This document shows positions 21,587-30,551 of a DNA stretch of 64,000 bases, piece by piece. The translations under genes and the position numbers were made by a program. Each line of letters begins with the position of its first letter. Position 1 is the stretch's first letter. Origin of the DNA: a virus; the IMG/VR virus record IMGVR_UViG_3300027963_000066, positions 11,996 to 75,995 of that record; one strand, 5' to 3'. A model generated the notes under the pieces. That model saw only the letters and a program-made list of their open reading frames with translations, was not told the DNA's origin and did no database searches.

Positions 21587-21955
21587 CTATTTATTTAAAA
21601 ACGGGGTCAAGTTTGGAGGCGTCCATCCTAGAGGTTTCAGGACTTTACCATCTTCACGCTTACGCACTTTTCCGGTATCTCGATCAATTTTGGCAAAATT
21701 AGTCTGCATAACTTCTTTCCATGCACCTTCGGCATCATACCCTGCACTATGGATAGCACCGACAGTTACAACAAGAATATCAATTAACGCATCTAATGTT
21801 TCTAATTGATCGTGATTGTTAATAGCTTCTTTAAGCTCTTTATATTCTTCTTCAATTAATCCAAGGTACAGTTTAAATTGAGGTTGATTAAAACCTTCAA
21901 CCGACTGGTCACAGGCCCGCATAAATTTTTCTTGATCACGAAATGGGTTTGTCAT
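21587..21955 (-). CDS. MazG-like/PRA-PH NTP pyrophosphohydrolase
   Basis: LIEEEYKEL...LDALIDILVV...REDGKVLKP. Confidence 0.85.
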   Translation of the reverse strand: MTNPFRDQEKFMRACDQSVEGFNQPQFKLYLGLIEEEYKELKEAINNHDQLETLDALIDILVVTVGAIHSAGYDAEGAWKEVMQTNFAKIDRDTGKVRKREDGKVLKPLGWTPPNLTPFLNK

Positions 21956-22364
21956 ATACTTCCTCTTGTAAATATCTTTTTAATTCTTTGTCAGTGGGAG
22001 TCACTGAATAGTTGTGTTTGAAAAATATCTCGTAACTGTCGCTACCATATTTTCCGATCCCATATAACATTGTAGCATCATCTCCATCCCAAGTCAAAAA
22101 GTCTTGACTCATTTTTACTAGACGTTTATAACGAACGTTCATCATACCTAATGGTTCAATAATACTTTTAACGAACTCCTCGTTCGACTTGAGCAAGGCA
22201 TACGGAGTAGGAAACCAATAAAGGAATTCTGGTAGGACCATCTTAACTGGCTTACGGCCAGTTTGATTAAGCATGATCACTCCGACCATATGTTGCCAAG
22301 GTCCGTCGATCTGTTGTTGTACCATTAGGTCGTCTCGTAATGGGTTGAACATATTATTCTGCAA
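21936..22364 (-). CDS. MBD4-like HhH DNA glycosylase
   Basis: PWQHMVGVIMLNQT, PLGM...R, LYGIGKYGSDSYEIF, PTDKELKRY. Confidence 0.85.
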   Translation of the reverse strand: MQNNMFNPLRDDLMVQQQIDGPWQHMVGVIMLNQTGRKPVKMVLPEFLYWFPTPYALLKSNEEFVKSIIEPLGMMNVRYKRLVKMSQDFLTWDGDDATMLYGIGKYGSDSYEIFFKHNYSVTPTDKELKRYLQEEVYDKPIS

Positions 22365-22536
22365 TCTTCAATTGTTTTTCGTTATAGATATGCAATGCAC
22401 CTGCAATCTCAGGTACAGTACATTCTACTACTACTCTACGCTCTCCGGCTAGTGTATCAAATACTGACACAACAACTCCGGGCCATTTATAGCCGCTAAC
22501 CTTTTCTACTCGATCACCTACTGCAAGTAATGCCAT
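22354..22536 (-). CDS. DfrB (R67 DHFR)-like SH3-fold protein
   Basis: GDRVEKVSG.KWPG...VVE...GALHIY resembles the R67 core GDRVRKKSGAAWQG...AVE...GSVQIY. Confidence 0.6.
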   Translation of the reverse strand: MALLAVGDRVEKVSGYKWPGVVVSVFDTLAGERRVVVECTVPEIAGALHIYNEKQLKIAE

Positions 22537-22538
22537 TT

Positions 22539-22772
22539 TTATCTCCCTGTTGATGTACGTGTTACTTTTGGGCCGGTAGTAACAAAATCCATACCGGCCA
22601 TTCTTCCCTCGTAAAGTCTACCATTCCATTTCATAGGCAACTTCACGCTTTTATTCAAGACCACTATTAATTTGTCTTTTTCTTTAAATTCAAGTATCTC
22701 CGCTGAGGCGTTCTTGCCACTATTTCCCACCTGTTGAACAATGCATGTATCTTCGTGTCTAGTAATTTCCAT
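22539..22772 (-). CDS. Hypothetical protein
   Basis: ORF track. Confidence 0.65.
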   Translation of the reverse strand: MEITRHEDTCIVQQVGNSGKNASAEILEFKEKDKLIVVLNKSVKLPMKWNGRLYEGRMAGMDFVTTGPKVTRTSTGR

Positions 22773-23376
22773 GATCTTCCTTTATGATTGAATGAAAAAT
22801 TTCCACAAGTTCTTGATCTACTGCTGTGTACAAGATTTGATTAAATGATTTCCAATAATCAAAATTCTCTTGGCTAAGGTTGTAATCTTTTACAAACCTA
22901 CCTTCAACAATATCTGCAAACTCTATATTAACACAGTTTTCAAAAGATTCAAAGTCTTCTACGACAATTTGGACATAATGTTCAGCAGGATGTTCTGGAT
23001 AAAATAATCCACGCGATTGCCACGCCCGTAAAAATCTATAGAACTTACTTTTTACTGTTTGGGTAGTAATAGAAATAACTTGATCAAAATCTGCAAGATA
23101 TTTTTTTGGAATACAGCTAGGATGGCAGTGCGAGCCTACCCAAATATCATCTCGATCGAGAATGTTCTTGATCCATTTATTTTCTAATTTGGTTTTTTGA
23201 GCCAACCATCGATCTTCGTCAAACTCTCTATAGACATGAGAATTATCGCCAATTTTAAAAACATTATGTTCTCTATTATCGACTATTTGATCTTTTATTA
23301 CAATATTAGCTTTGTTATTGAGTAAATCGCATACAAGACCGCCGGCAGTGTAGTTTGAAAAACAAACAAGATTCAT
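22759..23376 (-). CDS. Hypothetical protein (possible P-loop/sulfotransferase-like)
   Basis: N-terminal VCFSNYTAGG. Confidence 0.55.
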   Translation of the reverse strand: MNLVCFSNYTAGGLVCDLLNNKANIVIKDQIVDNREHNVFKIGDNSHVYREFDEDRWLAQKTKLENKWIKNILDRDDIWVGSHCHPSCIPKKYLADFDQVISITTQTVKSKFYRFLRAWQSRGLFYPEHPAEHYVQIVVEDFESFENCVNIEFADIVEGRFVKDYNLSQENFDYWKSFNQILYTAVDQELVEIFHSIIKEDHGNY

Positions 23377-23383
23377 TGATCAC

Positions 23384-23692
23384 CTAACTTGGGTGTCCCC
23401 ATCGAAGATAGTATTCACTTAGTTTTTTCATTTCCATTTCGGCAATGATCAAATATATGTGCCCGTATGTAAGATGATCTACATGTCGATGCCACTCCGG
23501 AGTACCATTAATTGAATTTGACATGACAAACTTTCCTGCTTCAGTCTGTTGCCATTCGTGTATAGGTTGCGCTACAAACAGGTCCGGGTCCTCAACATCA
23601 CTCATTCGGATCTTGTGAAATACTACCTTGTGAATTTCTTCAACAATTTCTTTGCCGTTTTCCTCAACAACCTGATATCTTACTGATCCCAT
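23384..23692 (-). CDS. Hypothetical protein
   Basis: ORF track. Confidence 0.7.
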   Translation of the reverse strand: MGSVRYQVVEENGKEIVEEIHKVVFHKIRMSDVEDPDLFVAQPIHEWQQTEAGKFVMSNSINGTPEWHRHVDHLTYGHIYLIIAEMEMKKLSEYYLRWGHPS

Positions 23693-24000
23693 GATAAATG
23701 AAATAGTGTAATAAATTTTTCAGCTTCTCGGCGAGATTTAAAATCCCACATGTCCCACGCCATGCGATTGCAGTTGGGCCAGTCCTTTAATTTTTCTTCT
23801 ACCCATTTAACACATTTGTCTAGAGAACCACTTGGCATAGGAGAACCCGCATCATCAACTGTTCCCCAATCTTCTACCAGTTGCAGTCGGTACCAATAGT
23901 TTGGTCCATTAGCTCTCCGATGCAATGTGGGTTTAATGGTTGAATTGGTCATCTTCGCCCACTCTTTAATCACCTTGTCTAATTCGTCAAATGCGCTCAC
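23680..24000 (-). CDS. Hypothetical protein
   Basis: ORF track. Confidence 0.7.
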   Translation of the reverse strand: MSAFDELDKVIKEWAKMTNSTIKPTLHRRANGPNYWYRLQLVEDWGTVDDAGSPMPSGSLDKCVKWVEEKLKDWPNCNRMAWDMWDFKSRREAEKFITLFHLSWDQ

Positions 24001-24509
24001 ACTTTCTTTTTCCGTGGATAATTTCGACGTTTTGGTTTATTTTCTTTAAGGTTAAGTGGTTGGTGAGTAGATGTTTGTTTGGCCCTTTCTATGGCCGCAT
24101 GTATTTGCTCGGGAGTTGGATCATTTTCATCTAGTGCATAATCATCAAACTCTTCTAGTGTAGTGTCCATGTCATCGTGCCCGTCACCCTCAAACCATTC
24201 ATCGTCAACAGTTAGTCCCATCTGAGATAGTTTTTTATTAACAGGTTCAATATCTGCCTGTGCTACCTGTTCTCTAAATGCTCCAACTGGCCCTCGGCTA
24301 TCTTGACTCATACTTTGCCAAGTTCTAACTTCTAACAATGGATCAATTTCACAAGGTATTTCAACCAAATAGTATTTTTCGTTACTGTACCCCGCATGTG
24401 TTAAATTAAAAATATGTAACACACGACCTTTGGTAAGTTTATTATTAGTTCGAGAAATACCGTAGACCCATGCTGGATCCCCTACGTTGTAAGATTTTTT
24501 AATATTCAT
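23997..24509 (-). CDS. Hypothetical protein
   Basis: ORF track. Confidence 0.7.
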   Translation of the reverse strand: MNIKKSYNVGDPAWVYGISRTNNKLTKGRVLHIFNLTHAGYSNEKYYLVEIPCEIDPLLEVRTWQSMSQDSRGPVGAFREQVAQADIEPVNKKLSQMGLTVDDEWFEGDGHDDMDTTLEEFDDYALDENDPTPEQIHAAIERAKQTSTHQPLNLKENKPKRRNYPRKKKV

Positions 24510-24516
24510 TTAACTC

Positions 24517-24684
24517 TCAAGCCGAAACTTGTTCTTTATTTTTTGTGTCTAGAAGATCTTTAACGAACTTAATGGCCTTACGATCTGTATCGTAGACATA
24601 TTCTTGATCTTCATCAGCTTCGCTTCGTAGAGTAACAATAACACCGTTACGAACTTTGCGAATTTCTATACTTTCAAACAACAT
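24517..24684 (-). CDS. Small hypothetical protein
   Basis: AAGGTGA RBS before MLFESIE. Confidence 0.65.
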   Translation of the reverse strand: MLFESIEIRKVRNGVIVTLRSEADEDQEYVYDTDRKAIKFVKDLLDTKNKEQVSA

Positions 24685-24697
24685 AGGATCACCTTTT

Positions 24698-25420
24698 TCA
24701 TTTTGGCACAGATAAATTATAATTAAAATGGAAGATACCAATGTGCGCAGTCTCGCGACTTAGCTCTTGGTCACACCAAATTTGATATCCTGCCTTCTGT
24801 GCTTGCTGGCAGAAAAATATGTCCTCCCCAATTTCTAAGTTTAGATGTGGAACATATTCTTGTAGGTAATGCGGTTGCGGAATCTTTTCGTAGACTTCTC
24901 GTTTGCACATGACCAAACCGTGTGGTAATACATCAATCAGTTCCATAGCTGGACTGTTATCTGTGGTTTGGAACTCTTGGAAAGCACCGGCACTACCACT
25001 CATGCCAGTAAAGTTTGGATTAGGAAAGCGGCGACGACGATAATTAGCACCAACAATTTCCTTATTACGTGCCAACAATCGAAGAGGAGCATCAATTGGA
25101 AATTTCATGTCACTATCTACCCAGAAGATATGAGTAAAATCACTCTTTAGGAAAATATCAACTAGATTGCGACGAGCAATGGTAATAACTGAACCAATGT
25201 TAAATGCACAATTAATTTTAATGCCATTGGCAACCATATTGGCCGCGGCCATTGCCAAGTGTTGTGCAAATTCTGCATTGACCATTTCCATGGCCGGAAC
25301 CGCAATCATTACTGACGGTGCAGTACCTCCGGGCCGAATTTGTTGTGCGGCTGGTGCTGGTTGCGGACGAGAGGCCATTGCCTGGCGGCTCGGAATGTTT
25401 AGTTTACCCTTATTTTTCAT
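24698..25420 (-). CDS. GT-A fold glycosyltransferase-like protein
   Basis: ARRNLV...THIFWVDSDM...GEDIFFC. Confidence 0.78.
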   Translation of the reverse strand: MKNKGKLNIPSRQAMASRPQPAPAAQQIRPGGTAPSVMIAVPAMEMVNAEFAQHLAMAAANMVANGIKINCAFNIGSVITIARRNLVDIFLKSDFTHIFWVDSDMKFPIDAPLRLLARNKEIVGANYRRRRFPNPNFTGMSGSAGAFQEFQTTDNSPAMELIDVLPHGLVMCKREVYEKIPQPHYLQEYVPHLNLEIGEDIFFCQQAQKAGYQIWCDQELSRETAHIGIFHFNYNLSVPK

Positions 25421-25482
25421 ATTATCCTTTAGTGTTTATTATAGTAGAGTATTGATAATTGAGCAATGATTAATTTGTCCAA

Positions 25483-26322
25483 TTACCTGGGTGCAAACTC
25501 TTGTTGGAGTTTGATGTTATCGAAGAATTCTTTTTTAGTGTTGCCATCTGTATTAAACGCACCTTTGAGTACTGTGGTCTGCGTTAAACTACTATGTGCC
25601 ATGATGCCGCGATTCTCACAGCATCCATGAACTGCCTGTACATATACAGCTACATTTTCGGAGTCTGTTGCTCGGGATATTTCCCTAGCGATATCATTAC
25701 AAAGTTCCTCCTGGAGAGTACCACGTCGGGCACACCACTGGGCGATCCGTGTATACTTTGATAGGCCAATAAGTTTATTAGCGGCAATAATACCAATATA
25801 GGCAACACCAGAAACGGGTTGGTGATGATGACTACATATAGAACGAAGCTCGCTACGCACGACCAACATACCTTCATAACGGTCTTTGCTATCATTCGGA
25901 AAAGCTGTTGCATCTGGTGCTGGATCATATCTACCTGCCATTATTTCATTAAAATACATCTTGGCAAGCCTACGGGCTGTGCCTTTACTGTTTGGATCGT
26001 TTTCACGATCAATAAGCAATCGATCCAATACTAGTTCAAATGCTTCTGTTGCTTCGTTGATTAGACGTTCTTTATCTTCTTCGCTAACATAGTCGCTAAT
26101 GTTATCACCGGCCCAAAAGCGTTTACCTTCACGCTTCATCTTGAATCGAAGATAATCTCCTATGTATTTGCCTTCTTGGTAACCACCGTCACCTGCCATG
26201 GCATCTAATGCTGTTTCTTTTTTGATGTAAACTTCTTTGCCTAGCGGCTGAAATTCGTCTTGTTTAAATTCTGGTTTAACACCGGCTTCTATTACAGGGT
26301 GTGGTTTAAATTCTGGTTTCAA
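25483..26322 (-). CDS. folE: GTP cyclohydrolase I
   Basis: SICSHHH, IGLSK, LQEEL, HGCCENRG. Confidence 0.95.
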   Translation of the reverse strand: MKPEFKPHPVIEAGVKPEFKQDEFQPLGKEVYIKKETALDAMAGDGGYQEGKYIGDYLRFKMKREGKRFWAGDNISDYVSEEDKERLINEATEAFELVLDRLLIDRENDPNSKGTARRLAKMYFNEIMAGRYDPAPDATAFPNDSKDRYEGMLVVRSELRSICSHHHQPVSGVAYIGIIAANKLIGLSKYTRIAQWCARRGTLQEELCNDIAREISRATDSENVAVYVQAVHGCCENRGIMAHSSLTQTTVLKGAFNTDGNTKKEFFDNIKLQQEFAPR

Positions 26323-26374
26323 TTATTATTCTCCGAGTTTGTGTCGAGGATGACATGATTTTTATAATACATTG

Positions 26375-27247
26375 TTATTTAGACTCTGTCAACCTGAGGA
26401 AGGTGTTTTTCCGGACAGCCGCATCTAATACCATAGGTGTTAAATTTAGTGACTCGGCAATTTTTAACAATGCACTAGTATCTTTAGGGAAACATGCACC
26501 GCCGAATCCAAATGACCCGTCTGGTCCTGGAACTTGCATATGACTGCTTCCGATTCGTTTATCGCTTGTTACCATGTGGGCAATGTCATCATAATTTAAA
26601 TTCATTGCTTGGGCCATCTGATAAAGTTCATTCATAAAAATAACTTTAGTGGCCAAAAAACTATTAATAGCGTATTTGGCAAGACTGGCTTCTCCAATGG
26701 AACAATGATGTACTGTTGTTAATTCTTTTTGGCTTAATCGAATTAATCGTTCAGCTTCATTTCTATATGCTTCAATTTTGCCTCCTATGATGGCAAATGT
26801 ACCGTTAGCATAATCTCTAACAGCATTGGCCGCGGTTAAAAATTCAGGAGCATGAACTAGGTTAGGAAATTCTTCATTTAGTTGAGTATAAACATTTGGC
26901 GGTGCTGTGCATTTACTGATAATAACACCTTGATAATTCATAGACTTTAGCTTGGCCAATACATCTTCTAAAATACTAGTGTCACATACTCCATCTTCAC
27001 CTTGCGGACTAGGTACACAGATAAAAATTCCAGCACAATCACTTAGCTCAGAGAACTGGTGAACTCCGCGAGCCGGATTGTTATCTACTAAAATTAATTT
27101 GGCTTCAAAATCGAAGGTGTGTTGAATGGCACTGCCTACAAACCCTAGTCCGACAATTCCAATCTTAGGAAGGGCTGATTTCATGGTTGTTTTGAAAAGT
27201 ATTTTGGCACCACCGATAGTGCCTGGCATGGACATATTTAAGGTCAT
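26375..27247 (-). CDS. UDP-glucose/GDP-mannose dehydrogenase family
   Basis: GIVGLGFVG, FICVPSP, PEFL, GFGGACFPKD. Confidence 0.9.
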   Translation of the reverse strand: MTLNMSMPGTIGGAKILFKTTMKSALPKIGIVGLGFVGSAIQHTFDFEAKLILVDNNPARGVHQFSELSDCAGIFICVPSPQGEDGVCDTSILEDVLAKLKSMNYQGVIISKCTAPPNVYTQLNEEFPNLVHAPEFLTAANAVRDYANGTFAIIGGKIEAYRNEAERLIRLSQKELTTVHHCSIGEASLAKYAINSFLATKVIFMNELYQMAQAMNLNYDDIAHMVTSDKRIGSSHMQVPGPDGSFGFGGACFPKDTSALLKIAESLNLTPMVLDAAVRKNTFLRLTESK

Positions 27248-27471
27248 TTAGTAAGACCCATAAAAATAAGTTCACGTTCCGTAATATTGGCCACAGGTTT
27301 AAGCCAACCGTGACGAATACATTCTAGAATGAGATCTTTGTAATTTTCCGGGCACCTTTGACTAATTTCCAATCCTGCTCGGTTAGCCTGAACTACTCCG
27401 TCGGTGATTACAAAATTAGGGTCGCCTGGTTTAAGTGTGCGAATTTGACTTTGATGTGCAGTGATATTCAT
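27244..27471 (-). CDS. Hypothetical protein
   Basis: ORF track. Confidence 0.65.
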   Translation of the reverse strand: MNITAHQSQIRTLKPGDPNFVITDGVVQANRAGLEISQRCPENYKDLILECIRHGWLKPVANITERELIFMGLTK

Positions 27472-27501
27472 ACTTTAATATAGCATGAATATGATTTTTT
27501 G

Positions 27502-28236
27502 TCAACGAATAAACCACTCTTTATTTCTATAAGGTTTGCCAAGTTCTGCATTAGGCAAATATCTAACCACCTTTTTCTTAACACGTTTAATGATTCGATG
27601 CTTGTGATCAAAATCAAATGCTTTTAGATACATGCGCCAACTGTTATGTCTACGGCGCAGTCCTCTTTGGTCTTCATTCAAATAGTTTACAACCTGTTGT
27701 CGATCATTTTGGAATTTACCCATTAGTTCACATGCTATGTTAAAACTATATGCATCGATCTCATCTGAATTTCCCAAATAACTTTGCTCTTCTCTTTGTT
27801 CTTGTTTTTCGGCAGTACTGGCATAATCCGGCAAATATTTAAATTTCCTGCGCCTATATTGTCTCATGTGCATTATTTCATGCAACAGTGTATCTGCGAT
27901 ACCCGCACACATTCTTTTGAATCTACGGGTTGACATTTTTATTTTTTCTTCAAACGGGTTGTAAGACAGCACAATCTCTATGGCAGTTTTTTTGAGCTTG
28001 TCGTCATCGCTATAGTAAGTTCCGCCAATGTACACCCACCCAAAATCAACTTTGGTGCTAGAAGTTTTGGTAACTTTGATAGGATATTGCGTTTTAAGAT
28101 GGCTGGCCAAAATTCTGTGGAATTTGGCAATGGTCATTTCTTGATTGGTTATTTTTGGAGCAATCAAGGACACGAATTCAATGATGCTATTTTTATCTAG
28201 CATTGACCAATCGAATTTATGTAGGCTCACGGGCAT
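27502..28236 (-). CDS. Putative zinc metallopeptidase-like protein
   Basis: LLHEIMH (HExxH) plus downstream EIDAY. Confidence 0.6.
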   Translation of the reverse strand: MPVSLHKFDWSMLDKNSIIEFVSLIAPKITNQEMTIAKFHRILASHLKTQYPIKVTKTSSTKVDFGWVYIGGTYYSDDDKLKKTAIEIVLSYNPFEEKIKMSTRRFKRMCAGIADTLLHEIMHMRQYRRRKFKYLPDYASTAEKQEQREEQSYLGNSDEIDAYSFNIACELMGKFQNDRQQVVNYLNEDQRGLRRRHNSWRMYLKAFDFDHKHRIIKRVKKKVVRYLPNAELGKPYRNKEWFIR

Positions 28237-28292
28237 AAACGATCCTTCTGTAGTAGTGTTATTTACACTATTTTACAGCAGAAACCGAATAT

Positions 28293-29747
28293 TTAAAATA
28301 CCTTTATTTTGTGTTTGGCTTGAAATCTTTGGGCATCTTGCCAAGTGTTTACCAACGGTTCGCCTTTTATGTTCAAACTGGTGTTCATTAGTATAGGACA
28401 TCCGGTTTTTTCATGCCAAAGTTCTAAAATTGCCCGAAATTTAGGATTATCTGAGTAGTTAACAGTCTGTACACGACTAGTACCATCTACATGGCAGACA
28501 CCCGGAAGATATACTTGATCACGACACTTGGCCACAAATTGCATGTATGGGCTGGAATCCACTGGCATTTCAAACCAGGTATTTGCATGTTCTTCTAAAA
28601 CTGCCGGTGCAAATGGGCGGAATCTTTCTCTCTTTTTAATAGAGTTCATCCGGTCTTTGGCCTTAGCCCCTCTAGGGTCGCACAACAAACTTCTATTTCC
28701 CAAGGCCCTTGGACCAAACTCTGCACGACCGTTAGCAACTGCCACAACATTGCCTTCTATCAACTCTTTGACAATTCCGTCAACATCCAGCTCCTTATCT
28801 ATGTCTGTTCCTAGATAAGGACCCTGCCAATTTAACTTTTCCTGGGTATAGGCCGCCACTGCACCGATGGCGCTTCCCGAATCACCGGGATTGGGCATGA
28901 TCCATATTTGATCATATTCTTTTGCCAGCAGACTATTTGCAACACAATTGAGAGCAACTCCTCCCATAAAAACCAAATTACGACTGGGCAATGTTGACTT
29001 CATCCATTGTGCAGTTTTAATTAGATATTCTTCCATGATGGCCTGTACACAGGCCGCAAGGTCAAACTTTGTGATACCGTCCGGAGTTGTCCACCACCGA
29101 CAGCCGTTATGTAGATTAAATCTTAATTTAAAATCTGGACAAGAGAAGTCTTTAAAAAACTCTTCTTTAAGATGATTGATCAACGAGGGTACTCGCCGAC
29201 CAATTGCGGCCATGCCCATGAGTATGTATTCTTCTTCGTTGGGCTTTAATCCCAGATACTGTGTAAATGCAGTATAAAATAGCCCCATGCTATCTGGATA
29301 GCTTTTACTCCAAATTTGATTAAGCCCCTGCTCGTCAGCATGCCATATAGTAACAGTATTCCATTCACCTATAGCATCGACCACTAAAACACTAGCGTCA
29401 TTGAATTTACTGGTGTAGAATCCCGCGGCCGCATGGCTCTCGTGATGTTTAACATAGGTAATGGGCAAATGTCCTAATTTTAAACTTTTTAATACGTCTC
29501 TGGGATTTACTAACCACGGACGCTCTCCACTATAAATTTTTCTTAGACTTTTTTGTAGAGGTTTCTCAAACCATACTATTTCTTTTGGGCTACCGTAATC
29601 ATACATTTCTTCGACCATGGCATGGTCAAGATGGCTGGTATTTTTAACTCTTGAGTACCGTTCAGAATGTCCTGCCCACAGTATATCTGGCCCGTCAATG
29701 AGAGCCATACTGGCGTCATGGTTGAGCCCATTGATTCCTAAAATCAT
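28293..29747 (-). CDS. NodU/CmcH-family carbamoyltransferase
   Basis: HDAS, ERYSRVK, HHESHAA, GGVALNCVAN, EFGPRALGNRS, LMNTSLN. Confidence 0.94.
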   Translation of the reverse strand: MILGINGLNHDASMALIDGPDILWAGHSERYSRVKNTSHLDHAMVEEMYDYGSPKEIVWFEKPLQKSLRKIYSGERPWLVNPRDVLKSLKLGHLPITYVKHHESHAAAGFYTSKFNDASVLVVDAIGEWNTVTIWHADEQGLNQIWSKSYPDSMGLFYTAFTQYLGLKPNEEEYILMGMAAIGRRVPSLINHLKEEFFKDFSCPDFKLRFNLHNGCRWWTTPDGITKFDLAACVQAIMEEYLIKTAQWMKSTLPSRNLVFMGGVALNCVANSLLAKEYDQIWIMPNPGDSGSAIGAVAAYTQEKLNWQGPYLGTDIDKELDVDGIVKELIEGNVVAVANGRAEFGPRALGNRSLLCDPRGAKAKDRMNSIKKRERFRPFAPAVLEEHANTWFEMPVDSSPYMQFVAKCRDQVYLPGVCHVDGTSRVQTVNYSDNPKFRAILELWHEKTGCPILMNTSLNIKGEPLVNTWQDAQRFQAKHKIKVF

Positions 29748-29748
29748 T

Positions 29749-29856
29749 TTAATAAATGAACGGGTCGCGTTTGCGTAATTCTTCTATACGCTTTTTAAGT
29801 GCTCGACGTTTGCGCAGATCACGTATCCAGTTGATTAGTTTTTTAAATGGGTTCAT
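29749..29856 (-). CDS. Small basic protein (35 aa)
   Basis: Hand translation MNPFKKLINWIRDLRKRRALKKRIEELRKRDPFIY. Confidence 0.55.
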   Translation of the reverse strand: MNPFKKLINWIRDLRKRRALKKRIEELRKRDPFIY

Positions 29857-29872
29857 TTTAATTTCTCAAATT

Positions 29873-29968
29873 TGGTATGGTCGGTAGGTTTCGAACCTAC
29901 AAAGGCTATGTCTAAGACTGCGCCCCGTCCTGCCTAAGCAGAGGTCTGCCAATTCCACTCACGACCAC
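29873..29968 (-). ncRNA. tRNA-like RNA with non-canonical anticodon arm
   Basis: Acceptor GTGGTCG/CGACCAT-A-CCA and T-arm GTAGG-TTCGAAA-CCTAC intact; no 7-nt anticodon loop. Confidence 0.7.
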
Positions 29969-29974
29969 ATATAT

Positions 29975-30003
29975 ATTATATATGCAATCACGTTGAAAGT
30001 CAA
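29975..30003 (-). promoter_or_regulatory. sigma70 promoter
   Basis: TTGACT-17 nt-TATAAT; predicted start at the 5' end of the tRNA-like RNA. Confidence 0.75.
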
Positions 30004-30551
30004 TAACGTTCAGTATCAAAGAAAAAAGTTTGAAACAATCGTCCGTTTTGTAGTCCATCTCCAAAGTAGTCTAGACTAGCATGGAACAGATCTCCTCGGT
30101 AAATTACCAATCGGTTATATCTGTTTCCAATTTTGTCGACCATATCCCATTTGGTATAATCGTAGGCTTCGTGATTTTCTTCACCTAGCTTCCTACATTC
30201 GCCGGTGGCCTTGTGTCGAAATAACCCTGTTCCTCCGGTGTGCGGTGCATCGGGAGTTAGATAGCATACACCTGCCCACATGTTATGGTGGTCTGCATGT
30301 ATCCAGGTTCTATCCATTGCAGTGGCAATTTGAAATGCTCCTGTGTATCCGTCGTGATCATAGCTATTTGTAATTTTACCGGCAAATTGCATATATCTTT
30401 CAATTGCGGCTTTTACATCATCTGTAAAGAAAGATTTTGTTCTAACTCCGGGATAATTTCCTCGAACACTGAACTCTTGTTGCAGGGCAAAGTTTCTAAC
30501 GGAATCCGGATCACCGTAAAAATCATCTATAATAATTAAGTTAACATTCAT
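30000..30551 (-). CDS. 2OG-Fe(II) oxygenase-like (DUF6445-type) protein
   Basis: IIDDFY.DPD.VR, NYPG.RT, WIHAD, YNRLVIY, RLFQTFFF. Confidence 0.75.
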   Translation of the reverse strand: MNVNLIIIDDFYGDPDSVRNFALQQEFSVRGNYPGVRTKSFFTDDVKAAIERYMQFAGKITNSYDHDGYTGAFQIATAMDRTWIHADHHNMWAGVCYLTPDAPHTGGTGLFRHKATGECRKLGEENHEAYDYTKWDMVDKIGNRYNRLVIYRGDLFHASLDYFGDGLQNGRLFQTFFFDTERY

